A DNA stretch of 64,000 nt from Octopus vulgaris (GCA_951406725.2 OX597828.1:65906001-65970000); one strand, 5' to 3'. Shown: positions 1 to 14,829, numbered from the stretch's first letter. Notes: generated by a model not told the origin, from the sequence alone. Numbers and translations are program-made.

Positions 1-141
1 TTATTGCGCTGTTAACTGTGTTAGCTGTTGCTAATGAAAGACTTCTCTCCGACATGTTTGATGTTGGTGATACTATTGATGTCATTATTAGAAGTATTAC
101 TATTGATGGGGGGTATCAATATTTAATATCATGATATATAT

Positions 142-523
142 AGGAGTGGCTGTGTGGTAAGTACCTTGCTTACCAACCACATGGTTCCGGGTTCAGTCCC
201 ACTGTGTGACACCTTCGGCAAGTGTCTTCTACTATAACCTCAGGCCGACCAAAGCCTTGTGAGTGGATTTGGTAGACGGAAACTGAAAGAAGCCTGTCGT
301 ATATATGTAAGTGTGTGTGTGTGTTTGCGTGTCTGTATTTGTCCCCCCAACATTGCTTAACAACCGATGCTGGTGTGTCTACGTCCCCGTAACTTAGCAG
401 TTCGACAAAAGAGACCGATAGAATAAGTACTAGGCTTACAAAGAATGAGTCCTGGGGTTGATTTGCTTGACTAAAGGCGGTGCACCAGCATGGCTGCAGT
501 AAAATGACTGAAACAAGTAAAAG
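142..523 (+). mobile_element. tRNA-derived SINE, family A (full length)
   Basis: Head aggagtggctgtgtggtaag...ggttccgggttcagtccc (A/B-box-like), internal (TA/TG)n tract, tail gactgaaacaagtaaaag; near-identical copies at 52091-52543 and 56503-56862. Confidence 0.9.
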
Positions 524-1650
524 TGTATATAAGTGATTAAAAAACCTAATCCTTATTGTGGAATTCACAAGTGAAGATTACTACAAGTAATGAATGCTAG
601 TTTGAATAGTTTCTTATGAGTCCATTCATAACTCCTTTACTACAGAGTTTTAGAAAAGATATACATCACAGGGTCAAGAGGACTCTTTAGCCTTGCCAAA
701 GACAAGACAGCTTCTGTAGTTTCGATGTTAGGAAGGGCTTCCAGCTGTAGATAACTGGAATGTCAGAGCAAAATGTAATCCTCTGACCTGTTGTATCCTA
801 TTAAACTGTCCAACCCATACCAACATGGAAAGTAAACATAAAATGATTATGATGATGCAGCAGCTGTTAATAATATCCTTCAAGGACTTAGAAGTCTGTC
901 TTTTCAACCCATTGCAGAGTAGGGAGCTAGACCTATATATAATAAATACATGAATCATTGCACCTCACCTTCCCTAAATGTAAACAGCACACAATTAGAA
1001 CCCTTGCAATTCTTTCAAATGCTAGATCTCACTTTGCAGAGCATCTTGCTCTGTGAACACACATTCTTAGCATAGAAAAGACATCTCAAAGATTGGCCAT
1101 TTTATTCAGAGCCATAAAATGCTTCAACCTGCAGTTGAAGCTCAGGTGAAACTTTCAATAGAGTACTGCTCTCACATCTAGGATGGTGGTGCTGCTATGG
1201 ACACACAGACCTAGACCATATCCAGAGAAAGACCACAACTGATCATCATAAAGTTCCTCACTGACACTCCCTAACCCCTCACCCCCCACAGATATACTCT
1301 AGACTCTGACTCACATCTTCTAACTCCGCCTACTGTGATGGCCTCTATTCTTCAAAGCTAGCTTCACACCCCACTCCACTCAGGCTCTCTCCACGTAGTT
1401 GTTTCCCCACTTCTGGTCACTCCAAAGCCCTGCACTAAATGCTATCCCTAGTTCTTCTTCTTCAAAATGTCACCGCTTTGCAGTTTATTCCTGCACTTGT
1501 TTTCCCTTTCCTTATCAACTTGCAACACTTAAAATGCAGTATTTATGGCATCAATTTCATAATTATCTCAGAGGGCTTGTGAAGGTAATGGAAACTGCTC
1601 CTTCTTCGTAGCCTAACAAATAACGATGATAATAAAATAACAGTAATAAT

Positions 1651-1852
1651 CATCATCGTCATCATTTAACGTCCACCTTTCATGCTGACAAGGGTTGGAC
1701 AGTTTGACTGAGAACTGGCAAGCCAGGAGGTAGCACCAAGCTCTAATCTGATCTGGTAGTGTTTCTACAGCTGGATTTCCTTCCTAATGCCAACCTCTCC
1801 AAGAGTGTAGTGGGTGCTTTTTATGTGCCACCAGCACGGGTGCCAGTCAGGG
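1651..1852 (-). mobile_element. RTE-tail SINE/LINE 3' fragment, family C
   Basis: (cat)n tail then tttaacgtccacctttcatgct...gggttggac; same sequence as 22113-22408, 35529-35907, 46367-46750, 47661-47886. Confidence 0.8.
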
Positions 1853-2336
1853 ATAATACCCATTGCTTTCTTCACAAGAATTGGATGCCACCAAATTTAA
1901 GTAAAATTAAGATGCCATTATCAGACTTATGCCAGTCCAATCTCAATGTTATGATGCTTCTGATCACAGCTGATGTTGTCTGGTTCATAACATTGATGAA
2001 CAGTAACAAGGTTAATCTAGTTGTAAACTAACACTGAACTTATACTGTCCACTAAACTTACTTCACCTCTCATTGTCATCATTCATACACAGAGTAATCT
2101 TCATGGTTTCTATCAATATTACAAATACAGAAGTTCCAGTAGGTTTTATATGAAATGTTATTTCTCTTCACCATTGTGTTCTGTTCTGTCTTTTTTCATT
2201 TACAATGCATGTTAGTGTAAAACAAAGCTTTCTCTCTTTTGGTGTATGTGAGCTAAGTTGTAGTATAAGGACTTTAATTGAACCTCAAATTCTTTTGCTT
2301 TGTTGCTATAAAACATTGTGTTACTTCTGTTCTCAT

Positions 2337-2837
2337 TATATATATATATGCACACACGCGTATATATATATGCACGCACACACATACATATATATATGCA
2401 TGCACATGCATATATATGCACACACACACATATATATGCACACACACACATATATACACACACACATATATATACATACACACATATATACACACACACA
2501 TATATACACACACACATATATACACACATACATATATATACATACACACATATATATACATACACACACACACACACACATATATATATGCACACACACA
2601 TATATATGCACACACACATATATATACACACATACATATATATACATACACACACATATATATACATACACACACACACACATATACACACACATACATA
2701 CACACACACACATATATATACATACACACATACATATATATACATACACACACACACATATATATATATACATACACTCACATGCATATATATACGCATA
2801 CATATATATGATGTACGTGTGTGTCTATATATGTGTG

Positions 2838-2872
<35 letters not shown>
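2337..2872. repeat. Compound (TA)n/(CA)n microsatellite
   Basis: About 535 bp of alternating tata/caca runs; source of six spurious ORFs. Confidence 0.95.
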
Positions 2873-2878
<6 letters not shown>

Positions 2879-3506
2879 TCATTTAAAGTTAGGTACTTTG
2901 TTTTCAATTATAATTTTTTATGCACCTTTTCATTTATGTATTTTCAGGATATTTTCAATGGTCTCTATTTTGTCTGTTTAAATGCTTTTGGTAAATTAAG
3001 AAATCAAGAAAAAAAAGTAGACAAAAAAGAATTATGTTTATATTTAAAAGCAAAGTTGCTAGCAATTGGCTACTAAGTTGTATCTATGCCAAATCCATTT
3101 GAAATTGTGGTTATTTTATTTCATTTTCTTCTATTTCTATTCCTCTTGAACATTACAAATAGACTGAGAATTAAAACTGTAAAAATTAATGCCCAGTCCA
3201 GGCAGCTGACTGCAGCCATGACCTTGGAATTAGTTAATAATTATTAAGTGCAAAATTTACAACTATATTCAAATTTCCTACAATAGTCTCAATTCTGTCA
3301 TGTGATAAACATTCATTTTTTTTTTCTCTTTATTTCAGTCTAATTCATCAAACATTCATATGTTAAATAAACACTGAATTGCCTACATACTCCTCCCTCC
3401 CTCCCTCTCTATTCAGCATTCATACTCTCTCTCATTGTGCATTCTCAAATCTGACTTATTTCCAATTATTCAATCTCAAACTATTCTTTACAATTTTCAT
3501 TATTCA

Positions 3507-3772
3507 TTTTCAGCTCATTCTCTCTCTCTCTCTCTCTCATTATTTTCAACTTTCTCTCTCTCATAAATTATTTTCAACTTTCTCTCTTTCATAAATTATA
3601 TTCAACTCTCTCTCTCTCTCATAAATTATATTCAACTCTCTCTCATAAATTATATTCAACTCTCTCTCTCTCTCTCTCATAAATTATATTCAACTCTCTC
3701 TCTCTCTCTCATAAATTATTTTCAGCTCATTCTCTCTCTTTCATAAATTATATTCAACTCTTTCTCTCTCTC
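3507..3772. repeat. Minisatellite: (CT)n-cataaattatattcaa unit, about 8 copies
   Basis: Repeated cataaattatattcaactctctc with variable CT tract length. Confidence 0.85.
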
Positions 3773-4409
3773 GATTTACTCTTTCTCTCCCTTGTTTTCT
3801 CTGTATTTTTAGTGCCTTTATATCCATTAGATTCCATCCATTTATTTATCCAAACAAAAACTATTACATCTTAACCTGCTGTCCACTGTTCATTATCTTT
3901 TCCTCTCCAGTTTCTCTGGATCTTACATTTAACTTCCCATGTCTCAATTACTCCATGCATCATTACATTTTTTTCTTCTTTTTGACATGAGTAATTCTTT
4001 CTACCTGCACAACTCTGTAATTCATTAGAACCACCTCCAGCACCTAGCTACCACTAGAAATACCTACAGTTTTCCAGTAAGTCCTCCCAACAGGAACAAA
4101 GAAACTATTGAGAAAATCTTGGATAAAAATATTAAAATTATATTAGTGTTTACATTATTATAATACCATTGAAATAATTCTGTTAATATGTACTACAAGA
4201 ATACTAAATATTTCTTTTGTTTTTTTGTTGTTTCTTTCTGTTTACTTTTTTTGTACTTGTGTTTAAAATATAATTTGAAAGAGAGACACAGAAAGATACA
4301 GTTGATTTCATTGAATTTAGAAGAGAAATCCTTACTTTTCACTTCATGTTTAACATTTTAAAACCTTTCCCAGCAGTAAATTTAGTACCCTTAGTTTTTG
4401 TTGTTACAG

Positions 4410-4445
4410 AAGGATCCTGAAAAAGGGGACTTTGATCAGCCACGG
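4410..4445 (+). CDS. 36-nt internal coding exon (KDPEKGDFDQPR) of an unidentified host gene
   Basis: Acceptor gtttttgttgttacag (AG 4408-4409), donor CGG|gtaaga (GT 4446-4447); length divisible by 3, open frame, phase-0 compatible with the exon at 38643. Confidence 0.65.
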
Positions 4446-5925
4446 GTAAGATTTGCTAAACACCATTGGCAGGGTCTAAAGTTCCTTGCATTCCTTCAAC
4501 TATCAAACTTGCATGGTCCTGGTGTTTCACTTCTCAGCAGAATCCTCCTCATCATCCTATCAAGCCTTGCTCCTAATTTTTAACTTCCTCTTTTATTTAT
4601 TATTTTAACTTTATTTTTTTGGTTGGTCTTAATTTTTATTTACTTTAATAACCCATTCCTCTAACTACTTCAAACACTACTGGAATTACTAATGCACTAA
4701 CCATTCTTTTTCTCTGTGAATTTGTTTCTGGGTTCTATATATTTCAAAGATCATTAAAAATTATTCCTTTTGAATTTATACCCTAAGGACCGATCAACTA
4801 AGCCAGATATTGTGTTATGTTACTATGGTAACTAAATGTGTTAGATTTTAATTTCAAAGTCTAAAATAAGTTCAGGTGGTAGGATTTGTTGTATGTGTGT
4901 GTGTGTATATATATATACACACACACACACACACATACACAGCATTATAGTGGCATCAGACTTCCTAGCTCGTAGCCCTCTATCTAAAAGCTTCTCAGTT
5001 TCTATCCAGCACAGCAGTTTGGGTTCAGATTTCTCTAGATGCACTACATGAAGATGGTTTTCACTTGGTAACCCTCTCATTCACTTGGTTATGAGTCAGA
5101 TAGATAGATTCATATCTTCATGATTGGTTGGTTAATTAAAAATAAAAACAAACCTGTTGCCAGGGTAGAATAGTGAAACAGTGGAAGTTTCCATTACTAA
5201 CTAGTCATTTGTAATCTCCCATTGAAATTGATATATTAGTTTGAATGTGAATAAATAACTAAATAATTTTAATATGACTATTAAGGAAAAGGGTAAACTG
5301 CTTCATATATACAACTGATTATTTTTACATCAGTATAATACTTCTTCATAAGATGTCAGTTAAAACACACACCGAGGTCAACTTTGCTTTTCATCCTTTT
5401 GGGAGCACTGGGAGTTGATGTAATTGACTTACCCCACATCCCTACTCCACCAAAAAAAAAAAAATTTCAGGTCTTGTGCCTATAATAAAGAGTTATTACA
5501 AATACCTGGTTCAATAAAAATGACAAACCTTTCAATGCTAGTGTGGAAAAAAAACAACCTAAAATCATTTTATATCCCCTTGTTTTCCAGTTATTTTCCA
5601 TATAAAGCATATGTTGTGTAGGACTTATGCAGTGCAATATTTAATGAGCTGGACATTTCTAAATCTATCAGAAAATAAGTAGAATTGGAACTTGATATCA
5701 TTCCAAAAAACTGATGGAAACATTTCTGTGACTTGACAATGACCAATAGGGCTTGAACTCATTTAATGGTCACAATAGTAAGGTTGGTTGTTGAATATCT
5801 TAATCTCCCAGTCATTACACCTTTAGGTTTTAAAAAAAATTAATTACTGAGTTTACTTTGTGTATTTAGATGTTTTGACTACTGGTAAGGAATTTGGAAC
5901 TTGTAAGAGGAGAAATGCTTATTCT

Positions 5926-5963
<38 letters not shown>

Positions 5964-6142
5964 TAGAAAAAAAACCCACCTTTTATCAATTAAATTACAC
6001 CATCTAGAAAATTACATATAATAGAAATATTAAAATTAAGATAACAATAATATACTGATGATGATTATAAGTAAATTGCAAAAAAATAATAAAAGCATAT
6101 ATATTAGGTAGAATATATTAGGATTAATATTCCCTCAAATAA

Positions 6143-6190
<48 letters not shown>

Positions 6191-8359
6191 TATATGGGGA
6201 TAAATTATACATGTGAGTACCATACAAGCACTCAAGTATATTATGGGTTCCCATCGAGTAGTAAGAAGCACCTAAGATTATTTATGGTGAACAATCCCAC
6301 TAATTCATCCAATGAGTAAATCCTGGGTTCACCATCCTGAAAATATTCAATATGTATGTATTAAGATAAGATAATGTAGGTGTTTACCTTGTGAAACACT
6401 TCTGCAGACAGAGCAGCTAACTGAAAATTGCAAAAGGGGGGTATATCTCCCCTTAGGAAGCTGTTGTTTCAAATAAAACAGAAAATCTGCAAGTTGCATT
6501 TCTGACACAGAATATTGAATAACGACAATTGAAAGTTGGAGTTTATGGCATTTTTTATTTCATAGCCAACATTTGTTTCATATTCAGTAAGTCAGTAATT
6601 AATTTAATTTTGATTTTAGAATGTATGGAAGCTATTTTAGTTCTCTATTGTTTATAAATCTCACAAAAATTAAATTTCTTCCCTATAATAAGTAGACTCT
6701 GCAGTTGAGTGTAGTTTTTGACAACTATTCAAAATTCAATGTTTCAATTACCATTATTCAGATCAATAAAAGCTGTTGAGATTTAAAACCTGTTTTTCCA
6801 TTTCCCTTCCCTTACACTATCGATTTACAGTTTTAACTTATTGTATTCAGCACAACACATAAGACAAATCAGTTCTAAATCAAAAACAAAATCTTACTTC
6901 TGGTGTTTAAATTTTGTGTAAAATTACTTCAAGTTTTTTAGTCCCCCTACCACCACCACCACTTCTGTTTTGGCAGGATTCTATTGTTTTGTTTATAACA
7001 ACATAGAAGGACATTGACTAAGATTAAGAGAAATCTTATTAGGAGAAATAGAACAACTTCAAGCCCTTGATGAAATAGCTATTTTGAAGCAGTAGTAAGC
7101 AGGCTTACGAGAAATTATTCTCTGTGGTCGTAGGCTTCCATTTTGTTTGTATTTTCCAATACCAAATTCCTAGTGTTTTGTTTTGTTTTGTTTTTTAATT
7201 GAAGAAAATAAGCGTCACTCTTGAAGCTCATTTTACTTAGTGGACTTGATTTAAGTTGTGTTCCGACCAACCAACACTTCAGATTGATCTGATTCCCTGT
7301 AGTCAGCATCCTAATAAATTTCCATCTAAAACTTAGGACTCCCAGATCCTGGGTTGTTTCAGCATTGAATTAACCTTTCACCTGTAAGTGTCATCATCAT
7401 CATATTTACGTCCACTTTTCAATGATTGCATGGGTCAGACTGAATTTCTTGCTGCAGATTTTCTATGGCTCTTCCTGTTGCCAACTTGCACCTGTTTCCC
7501 CATGGCCAGACATGTTTTCACAGAAGATTGGAAATGAATGGCACCACTTGCACGATAGGGACACTCACTTACAAGTATTGCATGATGTCAAGACAAGGAG
7601 ACACCAAGACATTCACACATAATATACATGCTACAACTATACATTGGGCCTCTTTTAATTTCCCTCTACCAGCTTCACCTTACTGGCACTTGTGCTCCGT
7701 GCTAGTAGGGTGCTAAGAGCACCATCCGAGCGTAATCGTTGCCAGAGCGGCTAACTGGCTCCCGTGCCAGTGGCATGTAGGAGGCACCATTTGAACGGGA
7801 TCGTTACCAGCATTGCCTTACTGGCACCTGTGCCGTTGGTATGTATAAAAAAAGCTTCACACACAAGGCTTTTGTCAGAATGTGGCTATAGTCGAAGACG
7901 CTTCCCCAAGTGCCACACAGAACTGAGCATGAATTTGAGTAATTAAGAAGTAAGCCCCCTTAACCACTTAGCCATTTTTGAACTAAAAATTAGATAAATT
8001 ACAAAATGCCTCTAATGCTTTGTCAGCCAGTACCTATATAAAACTTTCCACCAGTCGCTTTGGAAAGCACTGCTTGATGCCATTAAAAGGTAAAATTTAG
8101 TCACATAAACATTGATATTGGACAACCAAACCACAGAACCAATATCGCAAGTGCAAAGGCAGTTGATTAAAAGGATGCAAATGGAGTTTAACTTGAGTTT
8201 AATGTACTTAATATATTCGAATAAATTCCACTCATAAATTGAAATTATCTTAAGATTTTCTGATATGACCCTTTTTTTTTCAATTAAGTTATTGAAGTTA
8301 AACTTGGTCTGTCCACTCCTTTGATCCTTGGACATATCTATCTGTATCTTAATAATGTT

Positions 8360-8560
8360 TTCAAATTTTGGCCTGCAATTTGGGAGGAGGGCGTAAGTTG
8401 ATTACATTGATTCCAATGTTCAACTGGTATTCGTTTTATCAACCCCAGAAGGGATGAAAGGCATGGTTGACTTTGGTGGAATTTGAGCTCAAACATTAAA
8501 TCAGAAGAAATGCCACAAAACATTTTTTTTTTGGCACAGTAACAATTTTGTCAGCTCACT
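8360..8560 (-). mobile_element. SINE family B, degenerate
   Basis: Reverse complement of the family-B body (gatgaaaggcatggttgac...gaatttgagctc). Confidence 0.65.
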
Positions 8561-8664
8561 TTAATAATAATAATGATAATAATGAAGATAGAGATGATAA
8601 AATTCATATGTTGAAACAACTTGAAGTTGGGTTCAAAAATTATTTTAAATAGAAATTTAGCTGT

Positions 8665-8833
8665 ACTACACTCTCGGAGTGGTTGGCATTAGGAAGGGTA
8701 TCCAGCTGTAGAAACTCTGCCAGATCAAGATTGGAGCCTGGTGCACAGCCATCTGGTTCGCCAGCCCTCAGTCATACGTCCAACCCTTGCTAGCATGGAA
8801 AGTGGATGTTAAACGACAATGATGATGATGATG
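8665..8833 (+). mobile_element. RTE-tail element, family C 3' part
   Basis: gagtggttggcattaggaagggtatccagctgtagaaac...tagcatggaaagtggatgttaaac plus (gat)n tail. Confidence 0.8.
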
Positions 8834-9177
8834 TTGACCTCAGGAAATCAAATTAAGAAAAGTGCTGGTTGATACGATACAAGCACTAACATTCAATGCT
8901 ACAACCAAGTCTACATAGCAAGAGAACTTTCATGAATAGCATTTATTTGTGTTCATTCAACAATATGCAAGATATTCTTTGCAACTCTAGATTATCTCAA
9001 GAAGTGACCCTGCCATTACAGTTTCTGTTTAATTTTACTCCATCTCGATAACCATGTGTTCTGTACTTAACCTGGCTTCATAGAATTTTGGTTAGTTCTG
9101 TGCTCTCTATATAGGATGTATAGAATAGTCTTCCATAATAACCTATTTCGAGATTGTAGAATTTTGTTTGAAGCTTA

Positions 9178-9690
9178 CCATAAATCCTCAAGTACAACCT
9201 GCATTTTTTCCCCAAAGTTTAAAGGTCAAAATCCCGAGTGCATAGTATATACGAGGTTAAAAATGAAAAATATTTTCTAAGCAATGTCCAAGTCTCTATT
9301 TGCTGTCCAGCTATGTTTATTCAGACGCATTTTGTGATGTCGGGCGCGAAAATACCTTAAGCTAAGCCTGAAAGCATAAAAGAATCATCCATAACTTGCA
9401 GTAAGCAACATTTATTAAAATAAAAGTATTCAGAACACAGAATAACATATAACAAAAACAATTTGCAAACATATTTACATTCCCATATAACAGTTAAGAA
9501 CATCACCATTATTGTATTACACATGCGCAGATGTGTTTGTTCGACTAGGTGCTGCTGGCTTAATTACATACGACTCAAGTTAGAGATGGGGTGCGTATTA
9601 TATACAAGGTTTAGATTTTTCAGAGGTACAGCCCCCTAAAAATCCCCTGCGTATTATACTCAAGGGTGGACTATACTCAAGGATTTACGT
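9178..9690. mobile_element. Tc1/mariner (pogo/Tigger-like) MITE
   Basis: TA|ccataaatcctcaagta ... tactcaaggatttacgt|TA: imperfect TIRs flanked by TA. Confidence 0.7.
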
Positions 9691-12170
9691 TAGTCGTACA
9701 GATATAACATAAGGACACACCAACCTTACTTCAGAAACAAGAGAGGTATTAACTTTTTCAAAACTCTGTGTCATGTAGGTTTTGATATTTAGGGTTATTC
9801 TCCCAAAAAAGCATTCATAACTCATTCCTGTGGTTAGCTTATTTTCTTCTCCTTTCCCCACCAATAAAATTCTAAGCTTGCATACAGCCAATACAGTTGG
9901 AACACTTCAATTTTTTTTACCAATTTTTATTATTTTTAAAGTAAGTGTTCTTATTTTGTAGATTTCTTAAGTTTATCTTCAGAATTACGTGAACCGTTCC
10001 CATTATACTTATTTTAAAATGGAGCCTAATTATAATTTTATCTTTACTTTATTCAATATAAAATAATTCAAAGGTATTAAATTATATACCGCATAAAATT
10101 ACAAGACATTGCATATTTCTGTATGCTGCAACAACAGTAAGAATATAATAATCATAAAAATGTGAATAAGAATTTCTTTAGAAGCCAAACTACCTCATAT
10201 TTACAGGTGGGAAAAATGGGAAGTTTTACAACAGAAACCAACAGCTTTTGATATTTGAAGGAAATTTCCTTTCTTTTTTTTTTTTTTTTTATATTCATTA
10301 ACAATTTTTTTTTAAAGTTTAAAAGTTTGGAAACTGAAATGTAGCTGTTTTGTTAATTTGTGTAGTCCTTTTTTTTTTTTTATATATATATATATAACTT
10401 TTATTTTTATGTTTTGTGTGTGTGTGAATGATGTCCTAGAAAACTAATTCAATGTAGAAATCCAAAGATTTTAGGTGGAAGTTAATGTTAAACCATTTTA
10501 TTTGCTTTTTTCTATGTTGGTTGTTGTATTAGTGTAGAAATAATGTGTATGTGCATATATATATATATAATATATATATATATTATGTGAATGAAGTATT
10601 CTTGCAATGCTATGCTTTTGGTATTTAATCTAACTTTTGTATTCGTAATAATGGAAACTGAAATAGTCAAGACTCAAAAATACTCAAAAATCTAGTATTT
10701 TATTCCATTTAGTGTATGCTGTTACTTAGAGCTGATATCAATAGATTTGACCAAATATGTGCAAACTTGGTGAAATCAAATTCATTCACTCAGAAGCCAT
10801 AAATATGTAACCCCTAAAGCTAATCTTTGGTAGTTGTTTTTTTATCACAGTTATTTTCAATATTTAAACTTGTTGCATTCATATCCATTCTTTTTTTTTT
10901 TTCCTCTCAATCCGTGACTTCTAATGGGTACCTTTCTATGAAAATATAACAATATTATAGAATTTAGATACCAAATATAATCACTTTATCTCATTGCAAA
11001 TTCTATTTTGGGGATTCTACTCATATATTCTTAGACTTGCTATCTTGAGTAGTCTTTTCTAAAAATACCAAATTCTTAGATTGCCAAAACTCTATCAGGG
11101 AAATATGCATTCCACTACACTGTGATGATTGTACTAAGTCTACTTAGCCAGAATATGTTCATCAGTGCTATGTCTTATTCTGCTTGTGATTGTATTCTGA
11201 AGAAAGTTCTTCACCTTGTTAGATCTTTTCACTGATGTTTCTTTTTATCCTGCTTCATTTCCACACAGTTTTTTTATTTGCTAGTATTGATCTTCCAAAC
11301 TTGACTGTCTTTCTCTGCTTATAAACTGCTTGGTATAATAATAATACCAGGTCTAACTGATATAACTGGAGAGCAGCAAGCTATGAGGACCACACCTCAT
11401 GATTTAATCAACTTCTTCTGCTCAATCAGGGATGACCTGGGACTGCACGACTAAAATTGCTTCACATGCTTCTGTTTTCCACCACCTAACACCATTTCTT
11501 TTCTTCCCTTTTTTTTTTTTTGGCTTCAGACCTTGCCAATGTAAACATACCATTCTTCATTCTATGAGTTATGGAAATATCATTCCACTCATATGTTACT
11601 AAACCAATTTCTTGCTTTGTTGTTTTTTTAAAGAAGGGTATCTGATTATTATACTTAAATGCAAAACTATAATATTTTGATTTAGCACAAGGTCAATCAC
11701 ATTGACATTTATATTAACCCCCAAAATGTGGGTTAATGTCTTTAGCAGGTTTTGAATACAGAACAGCAAAACACGGAAAGGATAATACAGTAAAGATTCT
11801 GGTCCTGCTTTTAAGTAACTTTTCCATGTCTGTCATCAGAGATATCAGTACCAAGAGCAGATCAAGACCTATTGATATCCTAAACACAGACAACCAAGGG
11901 CTTACTCTTTACTAATCTTTCCATTGTCTAACAAAATATAAACACTTAAGTGCTGAATGTGAAATAATACAATTAAATATTCAGTTTTGTTTCAGGCCAT
12001 ATCAAACTCTTTTGTTAACGTTGAAATAATGCCTTTTATTATTAGGATAACAAAGGAAAACGTGCAAATTTTCAAAACTTATATGCCTATACATATATCC
12101 CTGTATAGATATATGTGTAGAAATGTGTGTGTGTGTGTATACACACATGTATATACATATCTTTGAATAC

Positions 12171-13088
12171 TCAGAGTTTGAGAGATATTTGAGGACATAT
12201 TTGGTAATTCAAAACAAGTCTAATTCTAGCAAAAACCAAATGTATTTTAATAAAAATTTGTGCGCACATTTCTCAATAAACTTTCTTATAAGATTAGATG
12301 AATCCACCTTCAGCTTGGAAGACTGCTTCAGTGCAGAATTGGAATCCTTGACATGTTTGCACTAAATGGTCCTTATTAATTTTGGACATCACTTGGACGA
12401 CAGCAGACTTCAGTGAAGCTATGCTATTGTAAGAATGTCAGTTAGTCTACCCCTGTCAACAGTGCTCCCAATAAAGTAGTCCATGGGATTTACATCTGGC
12501 ATGTCTGGAGGCCACGTTTGGTATTAAATAGCCAGAAAGATTGTCTAGCATCCTTTCTTAGGTTATGTAGGCTGTGTGAGAATGTGCTGAGTCTTGATGA
12601 ACCACATATGGTCTCCCATTGCATACTTCATACTTCGTCTATCAAGGAAGATGGGGTGGCATAACATGACCCTCTTTACTTACCATTCCTAAAACCATTA
12701 CAATTTCTGGGAACATCAGAAGGATCTGCACATCTGTCATTTCTCTTGTTAGATTTTTGGTCTCGGTTGATCGATAATGTTTTGATCCTTTTTGATGAAT
12801 TACAGTGTCCAAATGTCCAGAATGTCTTTCCACCCCCACTCTCTGATATGGCTGAAACATTCCTACCAGAGAGGATTCCAATTCCATCTAAACTTTGTGT
12901 ACATTTAGAAAGTTGGCAATTTCTAAATCACTGTGTACCACAAATATAGCAAAAATAACTGCATGTCCTTTCATTTCTTGTGTTAGCATATTACCAGCCA
13001 TGCAGTATCTGACAAAAATAACAATCCTTTACTTGGTTTGAGGAGAGTAATATACTGATAAAGTATCCTCAAATACCCCCACAACCTG
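12171..13088 (-). mobile_element. Decayed Tc1/mariner (maT-like) transposon
   Basis: Minus strand encodes VMVLGMVSKEGHVMPPH and WPPDMPDVNPMDYF; degenerate TIRs (cagagtttgagagatatttgagga / tcctcaaatacccccacaacctg|TA). Confidence 0.75.
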
Positions 13089-14401
13089 TATATATGTGTG
13101 TGTGGATGTGTTGTGTCTCATTAATCTTGATGTTGCATGATTGTTGTAAACAAATGTCATTCATTTCCAATGTTCTGTGCAAAAATGCTATTTGGCCGTG
13201 GGAAAATATTACCTTACTTGGAACCTGGTCAATGTTGGCAACAGGAAGGACATCTGGCCAATAGAAAAATGCCTCAATAAACTCTGTCTGACTCATGCAA
13301 GCATGGGAAGGTGAGCATTAAAACAGATGATGATGATTGTGTGTGTGTCTGTATAAATATGTATATATGTATAGATGTGTATATACATACATATATATGT
13401 ACACATATATGTGTGTATATGTATTGTCAGATTTTTTTTATTCACCAATGGTTTTAACAAAGCAGTCAATAATATATTCTCCTCTGCCATTGTTCAAGAT
13501 TTCTTGTCAATGACTTGACAGTAAAAATCACTGACTCTTGGCTCAAAGAATTTGTCAAACCATGTTTTCAGCTGTTGGAGAGTGACCAAAAACAGGAGAT
13601 TATCTGATGACGCTCTCTCTCTTACTCAGAAGAATACTCTGGTAGAACTTCTCAACCAAGCTCTTGAACAGAATAACATGCATCATCTTGCTTCAATGCA
13701 GCTCTGGCTTGACTTGTATCTTGCTTGTCGAGGCTCAGCCATTCTTTGCTCTGTTTCATATTGACATAAAGTCACCATTTTTCAGAAATCTCAGTATCCA
13801 GAGATGGCCTGATGTCTAGGAAGCTAACTAATGGCAATAGAGGGGTACTGGAGTTTCTCTCTTGTTCAGTGTGGTACACATGCTCTGAGTTTCGGAACGT
13901 TACCTATCAAGTAAAGTTGTGGGCAACAGTATCATTAGTGCATTCTGTCTGCCAGGCCTATTCCTTTGTGGATTGGCACAGATCCTCATGGATGTGCTCA
14001 TTCAGTTGATTTTCAATGATGTGAACAAGTTGGTTGGAATGCGAAAAGTTTGTGAGGTCCAATTTCCCCTCCTTGAAACACGAAGACTATTTCTGTGCAG
14101 TTCTTTTGGCTATAGTGCCTTCTCTGTACACAGCACAATTGTCTGAAGTGGAACTTTGGCAGCTTGATTAAAAAGCAAAGTGAAACAGGTGTCAAAAATG
14201 CCTTTTTTTTTTTTTTTTTTAAATCCTACTGGGCATGCCATTGTCATATGTTTGAAAAGGGGTGAAATTTATTCAAATCTCAAAAGCTATAAAAGTTGTA
14301 AAGGAAGAATAGAGCTAAAACAAAACATGAAACACTACAATAAAAATATTTTTTCTGTTTATTGAAATAACACTTGAAAGTAAGAAACAAATTTATCTGA
14401 C

Positions 14402-14441
<40 letters not shown>

Positions 14442-14829
14442 ATTTCTCTCTCTCTCTCCCTGCATGTATATTTTTCCTTGAGATTTATGCAAACTCTTCA
14501 TGGAGTTATAGCTGCTCACTAACAAACTGACAGGACTTTTTGAGTTAAGACACTTCCTGGTGTTTATAAATATGTAGCTGAGTTGGTGTAGGCATTTATG
14601 TAGGTGTCTACACCTGCATTTATGTTGTGTGTGATCATGTCTCTTTAATGCTTGGGGCTTTGTGCATGTATGTCTGTATGCATCATTACTCTTTACATAT
14701 GTGTCCTTGCAGATGCACACAACATATATGTGTGTGCATATATTCATTTAATAAATCTCAAATGGAGAATCTTACAACTTTCCATTGTGTCTCTAATAAA
14801 TTAGATTTGGAGGATGCATGTCAGTTTCT

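Noticed and set aside
170-568. ORF ending QIHSQGFGRPE...EPCGW, recurring at 52196-52519 and 56522-56992
   Set aside because: Antisense translation of SINE family A; repeated because the SINE is repeated
2205-2981. Long overlapping ORFs up to 258 aa (HTHIY/CVCVY-rich)
   Set aside because: Translations of a TA/CA microsatellite that lacks stop codons; the same applies to 50865-51405 and 54045-54269
6960-7100. Candidate acceptor at about 6976 and protein-like RLREILLGEIEQLQALDEIAILKQ
   Set aside because: All frames from the acceptor stop quickly and the protein-like frame is preceded by an in-frame TGA
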